From Ignavibacteriota bacterium (GTDB taxonomy: Bacteria > Bacteroidota > Ignavibacteria > UBA10030 > CAVZMI01): 64,000 bases of DNA. The stretch lies in the NCBI GenBank assembly GCA_963776275.1, contig CAVZMI010000003.1, positions 16,607-80,606 on the forward strand. Reading direction: 5' to 3'. The stretch's first letter is position 1. Every line of letters begins with the position of its first letter. The position numbers and the translations under genes were made by a program. Of this stretch, positions 31,283 through 42,476 are shown piece after piece. The notes under the pieces are model-generated. The model saw only the letters and a list, made by a program, of their open reading frames with translations, was not told where the DNA came from and did not search any database.

Positions 31283-34200
31283 CTAAAATGTGAATCGGTA
31301 GAACAGACGAAGATTGTTCGTCAATTCCCGTTTCGTTGAGATTGTGGCATTCTGTGTTTCGAGCCGGCGCTCAAATTCAAGAACCAGGTTGATAAGCTGG
31401 TTCACACTGATCACCCTGCCGACAGGGATTTCGACACTGACGTTCCCGTTACCAAAATCGGTGATCCGGCCACTGTATCGCCATACACTTGCTCCAACAC
31501 TGGCAATCACACGCAGTTCGGGTTGTGTGAAACTCTCGGATCCAAATGACACCTCGGCAGATTGGATGGCCGAGCTGAAATTATTTCTGAGAAATTCAGT
31601 AACCGGGCCCGCCAGAACCGATGACGAGATCCCGGATAGTAACGAGCTATACGATTGAGGGGTGATGCCCCCGGAACGCTTTCGCGCGATCCTGTGGAGT
31701 CAGATCCTCGGCAAACTGTCCGTTCGTCAGTATGAACATACATGCATCATTCTGAACGTCTCCCTGGCGGCGTACACCATTTTCCGTCAAATCAAATTCA
31801 ACGTGCGGTGCCTGACGGGTTCCTGAAATTTTTAAGGTGACCACGACCCACTTCCCTGCTACTGTGGTATCCAGCGATTTTCGTTCTCCGGAGAAACTGG
31901 CTTCGAAATCGAGTGTCGGATTATCGAATGGTCCGTGTAAATATCAGCTTCCCGCTTGCGATAAAGTCTTTGATGAACCGGTATCTCGATTGATTACCAA
32001 CTTCAATCTCACCTACAAATTTTGGCACACCTTCGGATTTCTGCACTGTGATTTCACCGCTGAGATTGGCGGATAATTCTTCTACCGGAGTAAACATCAT
32101 TGTAATCGAAACCTGGCCTGCTGTTTGAATGCGGAGGTCGTAATCAATTCCCTGTAAAAATGCTGATTGCTGTTCGATATCCCGCACCCGTTCGACTGAA
32201 GTATTAGATTGCTGATGAAGCGCGGCGTAGTACAGCGAATCTGTCAGATCGTGTATTATAGTGAGTGTATCATCGGTATAAATGATACCGACAAGATTCT
32301 CCGATGCACCGTATGAAAGCTGTTCACGCGCGGGCGGGAATGTCAGTAGTGCATTTCGCAACTCGATCGACCCACTGAGGAGCGATTTTGCAGGTGTCCC
32401 CGTAAAATGAAGACCTTCATCGCCGATCTGGGCGAACAGAATACCGTAGACACTGCTCATTGCCTGGTGTGATTTCTCGCTAAGAATTTGCAGTGCGCCA
32501 AAGGCTGTCAGATTAAATGAATCGATCATAAGACCGCGAAGGTGAACCGACCCCATGACCGATACAAGTCCGTCAGCCCGGTCGGTGAAATCGTTATTGA
32601 GCGTTAATTGAGATATGGTGATGCTGTCTCCCTGTGGTTCAAATTTTCCGTACATCCAGTATCTCATATTGTTCGGGATAAACAATGCTTGCACTGAATC
32701 CACAGTGATGGAGCCAGTATAGAAAGGCTTGGATGCAGTTCCCCCGATGTGAAGTGTACAATTAAGTTTACCGGAAAGTTGATCGAACGTCGGTATAAAA
32801 GGATCGATGAGATCGAGCCGGAAATCTTTTGAGGTAACATCGAGGTTAAACTCCCCTGATGAATACCGATCGGCGACGGAGGTCAGGGCCAGGTTCAGAG
32901 GAATTGTCCCGTGAATGGAAAAATCGGCCCTCTGTGTTTCCTTTGATCCGACAGCGCCTTGGAATGAAGCGTCGACCGTCGTTACGCCTTCATTATGTCC
33001 GAGCGTTCCCTCGAATGTACCAAGCTTCACTTCGCCGTATGTAAGATTTGTAGCGCGAGCGCTTGCCGAGATAACCGGTTTTTCCAGTGTTCCAGTAACT
33101 GTTGCAGTTGCATTGATAAAACCTGAAAAGCTCCGTGTGTCGTTTTGTGATCCATTGGTAAAGAAATATCTTATATTCAACAGGTTTAAGTTATCAAGAG
33201 TAAGCGAAGCGTTGATCGTGCCGCCCGCCCGTAGTGATCCCTCAAGTGCAATCGTTTCGTTTCCGTGAACAAGTTTCAATTTCGGTATGGTCAGACTCGC
33301 GGTATCGAAGGGAATCGAGATTGTTGATGGAAGTTCCCAATCGTATCCCCGGTACTGTGTAATAAGGTTTTCGATTGTGAGCATATACGGTACAGCTGCT
33401 ATTGCCAGCCGCCCATCGATATCGATTGTTACGATTGAGTCGATCGTCCCTCGAAGTGAAAATGTTCCGGCTTGTTTCCGGTATTGGATATTCGCGCGGG
33501 CGTTTGTAAATCTCATTGAGCCGAGGTAGAAGTCGCTGGCCGACATCTGCAGTCGTACTCTCATTGAATCAACGGCATTGGTTGGCGTGATATGGTCGAT
33601 TTCGAATGATACGATTCCTTTATTCAATAAATATTGATGACGTGAATCGTTGTACACTACGTTCTCGACCTGATAGTCGCCTCCTACGAGCATGTCCGAA
33701 GTCGTTCCGGTCAGGAAACCTTTAAATGTTCCACGAGCTGCACAGGTAGAACGTAAAAATAGTGCGACGGGAGAAAGGTCTTTCAACTTTACCTCATAAT
33801 CCATATTCACCATTTCGTTCTGACGGAGAACGGACGGTAAGCGGTGTGCAGATTTTCGACGAGCCGTCGGATGACTGGAAAGAAGAGTCTGAATGCCGAT
33901 TGTAGAATCGGAAAGGAAAATCTTTGCGGCGATGGCATCGCTGACGCGCTGGAGCTGTTCGACAATGATACTCCCGATTTTGCTTATTGTAAATTGACCG
34001 CGCATTGTCGCATCGGCGATATTCGAACTGAGTGTAATCGTTTTATTACGTGGATCATGCTGATTAAGTTCCAGTGTAATTGTCCGTCCTTCAATCGGTT
34101 TCTCCCGTACCGAAGAGGGCATTACAATAAGGTCAAGCCGACCGGTTGCATCGTCTAACGATGTCCCCGATCCCCGGGCGTGCGTGATAAAATGGATGGA

Positions 34201-35802
34201 ACTTTCATATTTCTCGTCGTGTAAAAATTCGGCGGCATTAACATTTGCACACTCAACGTCGAGTGTATACGCATTAAGGTCTTCCTCGCCGGTGATGAGC
34301 GAGGCGATTGCAGTGATCCGGGTGCTCCCGATCGATCCGGATATGGAGGATTCGAGCGTGCTTGGTTTTGCATCCACTGACAGGTGCGTACGGTTGACCG
34401 GAAGGTGGAACAGCATCGATGAATCAATATCGGCGGTCGCTGTAGTTGTTAATTCATCGATACGGAATCCCGAGCCGCTGACCGATGACGTTACGGAAAG
34501 CTGTCCGTCGAGCGATGGAATTCCGAAGATCTTTCCGATGTTTGCATTATGTGTCTTCAGCGACAAGGAATATTTTGTCGGCATTGTGCGAAGATCCATC
34601 GCGAGTTCTGCATATGCCGATCCCGCATCAACAGTTGTGCACTGAACCGAACTTCGGAAATTAAGCGGTTCACCGTGATATTCAACAGCAAATTTAACAG
34701 GGCCTAGATGACCGTAATCCGGGATTTCGAAAGGCGGAAGAAGATCGACGACTTCTGTGGGATTTATGACACATTTGTCTAGTTGTGCATCGATGAATAA
34801 TGCCGCGGGGCGATGAAGATTGCGAAGTCGTCCCTGCCCCCCCACGTATGATGCCCCAAAGGACACTTCCATGGAATCAATGGAAATATCTCCAAATTGA
34901 CCGCTCAACGAAGTTTCAACGGCTCCGGTGCCTTCCAGGAATGAGAGTGAAGGTAGGAATTTCTTCAGTTCGGCAAAATCTACTCGCCGTGCATTACATT
35001 TTAGCTTCACCGGCGTATGTTCGAGTGATTCCATGTTTGCCAGACGCAGGATGTTCACCTTCTGCAGCGATGCACTGCATTCAACCGATGTTTCTTTGGT
35101 TTGAATCGTAAGATTCTGTATCTCTGCACGGGTCGTGTCGATGTGAAAAATTCCGGTAACTTTTTTTAATACTATTCCATTCCGGGGAAGAGAGCAATTG
35201 ATATCCTGAATCTGAGCTTCGAGCATTTGTGCGGAAAAAACGCCGGAGAGCTTGATTCCCAGGTATTCAAGAGTGAGGTGGCTGTAGTCGATCCTTTGTT
35301 CGACAAGAGAGTCTGTCGCCGGCAATGACGTTGAGTCATAGAAAGCGAGGGTACCGTCGATAATTTCGAGGTTCTTAATTTCGATCGTCTGCTGGAACGG
35401 CCCTGCCGGTTTTGTTTTCTTCTTTGCGAGACGATCGATATTCCAGACGCCGTCGCGCCCGCGCAGAATCTGAATTTTTGGCCTGGAAATAATCACATTG
35501 CCTGCAGAGATTTTTCGATCGATGAGCTTCAGCGGGTTATAACGGAGTTCTATTTTTTCGGTGCTGATAAATGTCACACCGTCGACAACGAGCGAAACGC
35601 TGTCGATGGTCAGACCCGTGAAAATATTTCCATGAAATGCACCGAGCGTGAGCCGGCCGTTCAGCTCGTCGTTGGCAGTGGAAAGGAGAAAGGATCGAAG
35701 TAATTGACGGAATACCGATGTTTGCGTAAAACCAAATGTCAGGAGGGAGAGTAGCAAAACGCCCCCCAGCGTGTACAGCAATATTTTCCGGAACTTCTTC
35801 AC
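31283..35802 (-). CDS. tamB: TamB/AsmA-like translocation and assembly module protein (frameshifts near 31930, 31660, 31550)
   Basis: N-terminal anchor, ~1500 aa of beta-taco-like repeats (GTLEKPVIS, GTASKPFYTG), C-terminal LRLFYRFTF. Confidence 0.8.
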
Positions 35803-35826
35803 GATGCCTCAACCTGAAGAGGTCGG

Positions 35827-36303
35827 TCAGCAGTAGCGTTCGATGATTCGCTGAACGATATTTGTCGTTGAACGATCTGCAACGAATGGAATTGTGAGGA
35901 CACGCCCTCCGGCGGCTTCTACAATGTCTTTTCCGACCACCTTGTCAATCGACCAGTCGGCTCCTTTCACGAGTATATCAGGGACGATTGTTGAAATTAA
36001 TTCGTATGGAGTATCCTCGTCGAATATGCCGACGTAATCGACCGATTGGAGATTTGATAGAACGAATATCCGATCGTTCTGTGGGACGATCGGCCGCTTT
36101 TCCCCTTTAATCCGTCGTGTCGATTCATCGCTGTTGACGCCGACGAAGAGTCTATCTCCTAAAAGTTGGGCCTGGTTGAGATACTCTATATGACCGCGAT
36201 GAAGAATATCGAACACGCCGTTGGTGAACACCAATCGTTTTCCTTCGCGCCGTAATTCAGCCCGGAGAGGAAGAAATTCCCTGACCGTCACAACCTGTCC
36301 CAT
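35827..36303 (-). CDS. rfaE2: D-glycero-beta-D-manno-heptose 1-phosphate adenylyltransferase
   Basis: VFTNGVFDILHRGH, VGVNSD, KGEKRP, LVKGADW, STTNI. Confidence 0.93.
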   Translation of the reverse strand: MGQVVTVREFLPLRAELRREGKRLVFTNGVFDILHRGHIEYLNQAQLLGDRLFVGVNSDESTRRIKGEKRPIVPQNDRIFVLSNLQSVDYVGIFDEDTPYELISTIVPDILVKGADWSIDKVVGKDIVEAAGGRVLTIPFVADRSTTNIVQRIIERYC

Positions 36304-37316
36304 CATGCTCCCGTATTCAGAGTATCATTATCGTTGGTGGCCGCTTGTGTCAATCCATCGAGAGTGATCGGGACGATACCGATCTCGCCGCATACAACTC
36401 CACCGGCATAATTGGCCAGTGTAGCTGCCTCTTGAATCGAACCTCCGCCGGCAAGAACCATCGTCAGCGTTGAAATCACCGTATCCCCGGCGCCGGAGAC
36501 ATCGGCGACCTCGAGTGCTTTTGTCGGCATATGCGTTGCATTCCCTTCACGTTCAAAAAGGGACATTCCTTTTTCTCCCCGCGTGAGCAGCACATACCGT
36601 GCATTTAATTTTTCCAGTAGAATTTTACCGGCTTCTTCGACTATTTTTTCATTATAGAATTTCATTCCAAGGGCTTCTTCGACTTCTTGACGATTAGGTT
36701 TGAATACGGTGACATTCTTGAACTCGAAAAAGTTGTTGAATTTCGGATCCACGGTAACAGTTTTCCGATAGTCGTTCGCAAGCTGAATCAGCGGAGCAAT
36801 CAGATCGTTGGCGATCACTCCTTTGTTATAATCTTCGATAATCATCGCATCGATCGAATAGATTTGCGACCGGAGATAAGCGAGCACCTGCTGCTGGAGA
36901 AATGGAGAAATATCGTGTTTCGCTTCCTGATCGATTCTCACCACATGCTGATTATGGGCGATCACACGGGTTTTCACTGTTGTCGGCCGCCGTTCGTCGA
37001 CGATCACTCCCTCGGTCGGGAATCCGTTTTCTTCCATGATCGACCTGAGGATGCCGGCTGCGGGATCGTTACCGGCCACGCCGATCAGAATGGGTATTCC
37101 ACCGAGGGATTTAATATTATTGGCGACATTCGCAGCCCCGCCGAGACGCGAGGATTCATAGTCGACTTCGACGATCGGTACCGGAGCTTCGGGTGATATT
37201 CGAGTGACGGTACCCCAGAGATACCTGTCGAGCATGAGATCGCCCACCACCGCAATGCGTTTCCCGGCAATATTGGTGTAGAGTTCTTTTAGGCGTTGTT
37301 CGGAGAATTTTACCAC
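36303..37316 (-). CDS. rfaE1: D-glycero-beta-D-manno-heptose-7-phosphate kinase
   Basis: VGDLMLDRY, RISPEAPVP, GGAANVA, DYNKG, KPN, DVSGAGDT. Confidence 0.93.
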   Translation of the reverse strand: MVKFSEQRLKELYTNIAGKRIAVVGDLMLDRYLWGTVTRISPEAPVPIVEVDYESSRLGGAANVANNIKSLGGIPILIGVAGNDPAAGILRSIMEENGFPTEGVIVDERRPTTVKTRVIAHNQHVVRIDQEAKHDISPFLQQQVLAYLRSQIYSIDAMIIEDYNKGVIANDLIAPLIQLANDYRKTVTVDPKFNNFFEFKNVTVFKPNRQEVEEALGMKFYNEKIVEEAGKILLEKLNARYVLLTRGEKGMSLFEREGNATHMPTKALEVADVSGAGDTVISTLTMVLAGGGSIQEAATLANYAGGVVCGEIGIVPITLDGLTQAATNDNDTLNTGA

Positions 37317-37416
37317 AGACGAATTTTTATTGTGTTAGACGTGGTACTTTATTAAAAAGATATAGATTCCGGCAAAGAGAAGCAAGTTAAAAAGAGTCAA
37401 TGATTTACAGGCGTTA

Positions 37417-38061
37417 TTAAAGCTCTTTTATCACACGTACGACTTTCCAAATGAATGATACGTCCTTCCTGTGCACAACCATCGGTTCGAAGTCGCGATT
37501 CAAAGGAATAAGATGTATGAAATGACCCTCGAATTTTATACGCTTGACGGTATCTTCATCGCCAACACGAATAACGCAGATATCGCCGCTTCGCGCTTCG
37601 CGTTTCGGGCTTACAATAATGATATCTCCCTCTTCAAGTCTGGGTGCCATGCTCTGACCGCGCACAACAAGTCCGATTGCCGACGGATCTTTCACATCAT
37701 CGATGACTACATATCGTTCGACAAAATCGGGATGAAAAATCAACGCCGGCCGTCCGCCGGGAACGGAGGCAAGGAGCGGTACCTTCACCAGACCGACCAG
37801 GTGGAGATTCACTTCGGCGTGACGATCAACGGAACGTTGCTCGGGAGCATACATATTACCTTCGCCGGTGAGCAGCCATTGTGACTGCGTATGTGTCAGG
37901 TGGGCGATTTTCAGAATTTTATCGGCGTCGGGTATCTGTTCACCTCTTTCCCACCTCTGGATTGTCCGCGGTGTGACCTGGAGTTTACGGGCAAGTTCAG
38001 CCTGAAGCAGACCGCCTGCTTCCCGCGCATTCTTTATTCTTTCACCGATATGCTGTCGCAT
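37417..38061 (-). CDS. XRE-HTH / peptidase S24 (CI/LexA-like) transcriptional repressor
   Basis: IGERIKNAR...QAELA...TIQRWERGEQIP HTH; VRGQSMAP (Ser), TVKR (Lys), LIPLN. Confidence 0.9.
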   Translation of the reverse strand: MRQHIGERIKNAREAGGLLQAELARKLQVTPRTIQRWERGEQIPDADKILKIAHLTHTQSQWLLTGEGNMYAPEQRSVDRHAEVNLHLVGLVKVPLLASVPGGRPALIFHPDFVERYVVIDDVKDPSAIGLVVRGQSMAPRLEEGDIIIVSPKREARSGDICVIRVGDEDTVKRIKFEGHFIHLIPLNRDFEPMVVHRKDVSFIWKVVRVIKEL

Positions 38062-38081
38062 GACGTCTCCCGCTTCATGAT

Positions 38082-38132
38082 ATGACAAAAATGTCGTGTA
38101 TCAATAATACATAATTTTAGAGGTGAAGTCAA
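38082..38132 (-). promoter_or_regulatory. Repressor promoter with candidate operator
   Basis: TTGACT-17-TATTAT (38132-38104) followed by the palindrome ATGACA-AAAA-TGTCGT (38082-38097). Confidence 0.5.
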
Positions 38133-38182
38133 GTATCTTTTGCATTTCGAAGCGATTTTTTATAAGTTACGAGGTAAACTGA

Positions 38183-40954
38183 ATGAAACCCCATACCCGA
38201 CTCAATACAATGAATCGCCATTTGCCACCGATCAGACATATCCCGGTAATTCTCATTGTCTTATGGGCACGGTGTCTTCACGCTCAGCCATCGACGATTG
38301 TGCTGCCGGAATACGGCCCCATGCAAAAACGCACATCGACGATTCTTCCCACTAAGACCTTCAAAGAACCAAAAGTAGCTCTTGTCCTAAGCGGTGGAGC
38401 GGCCCGCGGGCTGGCACATATCGGCGTCTTGAAATCGCTTGAAAAACATGGAATACCCATCAATCTTATTATTGGTACGAGCATGGGAAGTATTGTCGGC
38501 GGTTTATATGCTTCGGGGTATTCACCGGCGGAGTTGCAGGCGATTGCAGACACTGTCAATTGGAGCGATGTACTCTCATTTAGTGACGAGGCACGACGCT
38601 CGGATTTGTTTCTCGATCAACGGCAGGCAGAAGAGAGATCATTCCTCACAATCCGGTTCAAGGATTTTCAGCCGATTATTCCATCGTCATTTTCGACCGG
38701 ACAGAGGCTGACTAAATTCCTCAACGGATTGCTGTTGAAAGCCGTTTATCACCCTGACTCATCGTTCGATGAACTCAAGGTGCCTTTCAGGGCGGTCACG
38801 ACAGATCTCATCTCGGGACGTCAGATTATTTTGTCACAAGGCGACCTTACGGAAGCACTCCGTGCAAGTACAACGATCCCGCTTCTGTTCAGTCCCGTAA
38901 GCCGCGACAGCACATTATTGCTTGATGGCGGGTTGATCTCAAATATCCCCGTTGACGTGGCTCAGAAGTTCGGGGCGGATATTATTATCGCAGTGAATGT
39001 AACGAGTGGAGTGCGAAATGGCAATGAGGTTCAGAAACCGTGGGAAATGGCCGATCAGATCATGAGCATTATGATGCAGGTTCCTAATCAGCTTCAACTG
39101 GGGAAAGCAGATGTTGCCATCACTCCATTGATCGGAGATCGTTCTTCATCCGATTTTTCGGGAGTAGATTCATTGATCGATGCGGGCGAGCGTGCAGCGG
39201 ATTCGGCCATTGCGGCGATCAAACAAAAAATCAGGACGGTACATACTTCAACAACAATAGATGATGCACCTTTATCAAATGTAAAAATAAAATTTCAAGG
39301 TGATCTTGGTAGCTTACCGGCTCTCCAGAAAACTCTTTTACAACAAATATATAACGGAGAAATCTCCCAATTTTCAATCCGGCGGCAGTTGCATTTCTTG
39401 TATGCATCGGGAGACTATTCTGACGTCAGGGCTGAGATTCAACACGGCGATTCGACAACTGTTGTAACGTTTCAAGCCACACTGAATCCGCGATTGACCG
39501 GCGTAGAATTTTTAAACAATACAATTATCCCGTCCGATACGCTGCTTATTCCTTTCATTTCGTTGAAAGGGAAGATTATCAATACCCGCGAGTCGACAGC
39601 GGCACTTGAAAAAGTAATCGAAATCTACCGGCTTCACGGATATGCTCTCGCAAGGATCGATTCGATCTCATTCGACACACAGACCGGCATCGCATCGATC
39701 CGGATTGATGAGGGAAGAATTATTGATCGGAGAATTGAAGGGAATTTAAAGACAAAATTATTCGTGGTATTCCGTGAAGTTTCACTCAATGAGGGAGAAC
39801 CATTTACGATTGACAGGGCGATTCAATCGATTACAAATGTGATGAGCACGAATCTGTTCGAGCAGGTTATGCTGCTCGTTCGGTACGAAAACAAAAAACC
39901 CGTGCTCATCATTAAGGTGCAGGAGCGAAGTTCGGAGATTCTCCAATTGGGTGTGCACGTTGATAATGAACGTGGTCTGCAATTTTTTGTTGATGGACGA
40001 GATGCGAATTTCCTGGGAACAGCAACAGAATTCGGCGCAACTTTTATCGGCGGAATACGGAATCAGATCTATAAACTTGAATATAAATCCAACAGGATAT
40101 TCAATACATATCTCTCATTCAACTTGAGCGGCTATTACAGGTTCAAGGATATCAACACGTACAGCGATGAATTGGGACTGCCCTCGACTCGCTGGAACCG
40201 TATCCAGACAGGCGAATATCGAGAGATCAAATACGGCAGCGCATTCAGTTTCGGAGCACAGCTTGAACGGTTGGGGAATGTGTCGGTTGAAGGTCGGTAT
40301 GAACAACATGAGATTCTCGATAAAAGCGGAACGGCATTAACGGCCGGATATACACCGTCCCGCTATCGCGTGTCGGCACTGCGAATAGCATCAACGGTTG
40401 ATACGCAGGATAAATACCCCTTCCCGACCAACGGTATCCTGATGACTCTTTTCTATGAATTTGCTACCAGAACCCTGGGGAGTGAGGTTCCCTATACAAA
40501 ACTCTTCCTTTCTTATGAGCAATTTCGAACTCCCGGGAAGCACCTCACGATTCATCCGCGTGTGATGTTCGGATTTGGCGATGAAACGCTTCCGCTCTCG
40601 GAGCAATTCACTTTCGGCGGTCAGCGGCTCTTCAATGGACTCCGTGACGAAGACGGCCGCGGTCGGCAAATTTTCCTGATCAATCTGGAAGCACGATGGC
40701 TGTCTCCCGTCTCGCTCCTTTTTAATACGTATCTTAGCATCCGATATGATCTTGGCTCAGTCTGGCGCATGGCCGAGGATATTCGTTTTAAGGATTTCCA
40801 ACATGGGCTCGGTATAACTCTCGCACTTGATACACCAATCGGACCGGCGGAATTCGGACTTGGCCGCAGTTTTATTTTCAGGAGAGATCTGCCTGATAAT
40901 CCGGTCAGTCTCGGTCCTTTCCAAATCTACGCCACTATAGGTTGCCGTCTGTGA
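38183..40954 (+). CDS. Patatin-like phospholipase + POTRA + Omp85 barrel (PlpD/type Vd-like)
   Basis: LSGGAARG, GTSMG, LDGG motifs; POTRA-like repeats; FTFGG...NGLR, DTPIGPAEFG barrel end. Confidence 0.88.
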   Translation: MKPHTRLNTMNRHLPPIRHIPVILIVLWARCLHAQPSTIVLPEYGPMQKRTSTILPTKTFKEPKVALVLSGGAARGLAHIGVLKSLEKHGIPINLIIGTSMGSIVGGLYASGYSPAELQAIADTVNWSDVLSFSDEARRSDLFLDQRQAEERSFLTIRFKDFQPIIPSSFSTGQRLTKFLNGLLLKAVYHPDSSFDELKVPFRAVTTDLISGRQIILSQGDLTEALRASTTIPLLFSPVSRDSTLLLDGGLISNIPVDVAQKFGADIIIAVNVTSGVRNGNEVQKPWEMADQIMSIMMQVPNQLQLGKADVAITPLIGDRSSSDFSGVDSLIDAGERAADSAIAAIKQKIRTVHTSTTIDDAPLSNVKIKFQGDLGSLPALQKTLLQQIYNGEISQFSIRRQLHFLYASGDYSDVRAEIQHGDSTTVVTFQATLNPRLTGVEFLNNTIIPSDTLLIPFISLKGKIINTRESTAALEKVIEIYRLHGYALARIDSISFDTQTGIASIRIDEGRIIDRRIEGNLKTKLFVVFREVSLNEGEPFTIDRAIQSITNVMSTNLFEQVMLLVRYENKKPVLIIKVQERSSEILQLGVHVDNERGLQFFVDGRDANFLGTATEFGATFIGGIRNQIYKLEYKSNRIFNTYLSFNLSGYYRFKDINTYSDELGLPSTRWNRIQTGEYREIKYGSAFSFGAQLERLGNVSVEGRYEQHEILDKSGTALTAGYTPSRYRVSALRIASTVDTQDKYPFPTNGILMTLFYEFATRTLGSEVPYTKLFLSYEQFRTPGKHLTIHPRVMFGFGDETLPLSEQFTFGGQRLFNGLRDEDGRGRQIFLINLEARWLSPVSLLFNTYLSIRYDLGSVWRMAEDIRFKDFQHGLGITLALDTPIGPAEFGLGRSFIFRRDLPDNPVSLGPFQIYATIGCRL

Positions 40955-41004
40955 GACTTGAAAGCTTCACTTCATATATACAGTAGAAGTGAAAAAAGTA
41001 TAAG

Positions 41005-42474
41005 TCATTTTTCTATCGTGGACATCCGTGAACGCATTATGAAAAACACGGGAATACCGACCAGAACAATTATCAATCCGGGCCAAGTGTATGTCGATTT
41101 ATAAATCAGGAGATCGACCGCAATAAGCGTTGCAGTAATCATATAAAACGCAGGTAAAAAAGGATATCCCCATGTTCTGTATGGTCTTTCTGTATCGGGG
41201 CGGGATCGGCGAAGAACAAACAATCCTCCGATTGTCAGTACATAAAAGATAAGCACTGCGAAGATTACATAATCGAGAAGTTGATTATACGAACCAGATA
41301 GTGTGAGAATTGAAGCCCAGAATCCCTGAACGATAAGGGCCCTTGCCGGGACGCCGTTTGCATTCAATACTCCTGCTCCGCGGAAAAAAAGCCTGTCGCG
41401 TGCCATCGCATAATAGACGCGTGCTCCGGCGAGGATCAATCCATTATTACATCCGAATGTCGACACCATGATTAAGATTGCCATAATGATTGCTGCAGCA
41501 CTTCCGAACATTACCTCGACAGCGGCGGTTGCGACACGATCCGATGTAGCAAATTGAATTCCCCGGGAAGCGACATCGGAACCTGCCGGATTTCCATGGA
41601 GCGGGATCACGGTCAGATATGTGATATTTGCCAGAAAATATAACCCTCCGACAAGAACGGTACCGAATATCAGGCTTAGTGGAATATCCCGTTTTGGATT
41701 TTTCACTTCGCCCGCAGTGAATGTAATGTTGTTCCACGCATCGGAAGCGAACAATGAACCCACCATCGCCGTTCCGATGATTGTGATGAGGGCAAATCCC
41801 GAAAGTGGAACTGCCGTTCCATCGGTCATGATATGTGAGGCGTTCCACATCTCAGAAAAATTTGCAGAGAGTGCCTGGAGGTTACGACCGACGATAATAC
41901 CGAGAAGTATCAGACCGATAATCGCCGCGATTTTCGCAAAGGTGAATGTGTTCTGAACAATTTTTCCGCTGTCGATACCCAGGGTGTTTATCCATGTGAG
42001 GAATGCGATCGATGCTATTCCGAGGATCTGGGCGGCGGAAAGCGATAGAGGTCCGACCGTAAGAAGAATATGCGTTTCACTGAACCATGGAAGAAGCACG
42101 CCGGTATATTTTGCAAATGCTACGGCGACGGCGGCGATTGTTCCTGTTTGAATGACCATGAAGAGAGTCCAGCCGTATAAAAACCCCCACATGGGCCCAA
42201 ACGCTTCGTGAAGATATACATATTGGCCGCCGGCTCTCGGCATCATCGCAGCAAGTTCACCATAACTCAACGCCGCGGCGATCGTCAGAAGACTTGTAAA
42301 AAGCCACACGGCGAGCAGCCATCCCGGTGAACCGACCTGTCGTGCAATATCTGCAGAGACTATGAATATTCCGGATCCGATCATCGAGCCTGCAACAATC
42401 ATGGTCGAATCGAGCAAACCGAGTGCGCGTTTAAATTCACGGACAGGTATCGGTTGTGTCATTGTGTCTTTCAT
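41005..42474 (-). CDS. APC-family amino acid permease
   Basis: GSMIGSGIF, ELAAMMPRAGGQY, GEVKNPKRDIP, ARVYYAMARD, ERPYRTWGYP. Confidence 0.92.
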   Translation of the reverse strand: MKDTMTQPIPVREFKRALGLLDSTMIVAGSMIGSGIFIVSADIARQVGSPGWLLAVWLFTSLLTIAAALSYGELAAMMPRAGGQYVYLHEAFGPMWGFLYGWTLFMVIQTGTIAAVAVAFAKYTGVLLPWFSETHILLTVGPLSLSAAQILGIASIAFLTWINTLGIDSGKIVQNTFTFAKIAAIIGLILLGIIVGRNLQALSANFSEMWNASHIMTDGTAVPLSGFALITIIGTAMVGSLFASDAWNNITFTAGEVKNPKRDIPLSLIFGTVLVGGLYFLANITYLTVIPLHGNPAGSDVASRGIQFATSDRVATAAVEVMFGSAAAIIMAILIMVSTFGCNNGLILAGARVYYAMARDRLFFRGAGVLNANGVPARALIVQGFWASILTLSGSYNQLLDYVIFAVLIFYVLTIGGLFVLRRSRPDTERPYRTWGYPFLPAFYMITATLIAVDLLIYKSTYTWPGLIIVLVGIPVFFIMRSRMSTIEK

Positions 42475-42476
42475 AA

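Noticed and set aside
37417-38061. Prophage marked by the CI-like repressor
   Set aside because: No integrase, cro, replication or structural genes; both flanks are housekeeping genes
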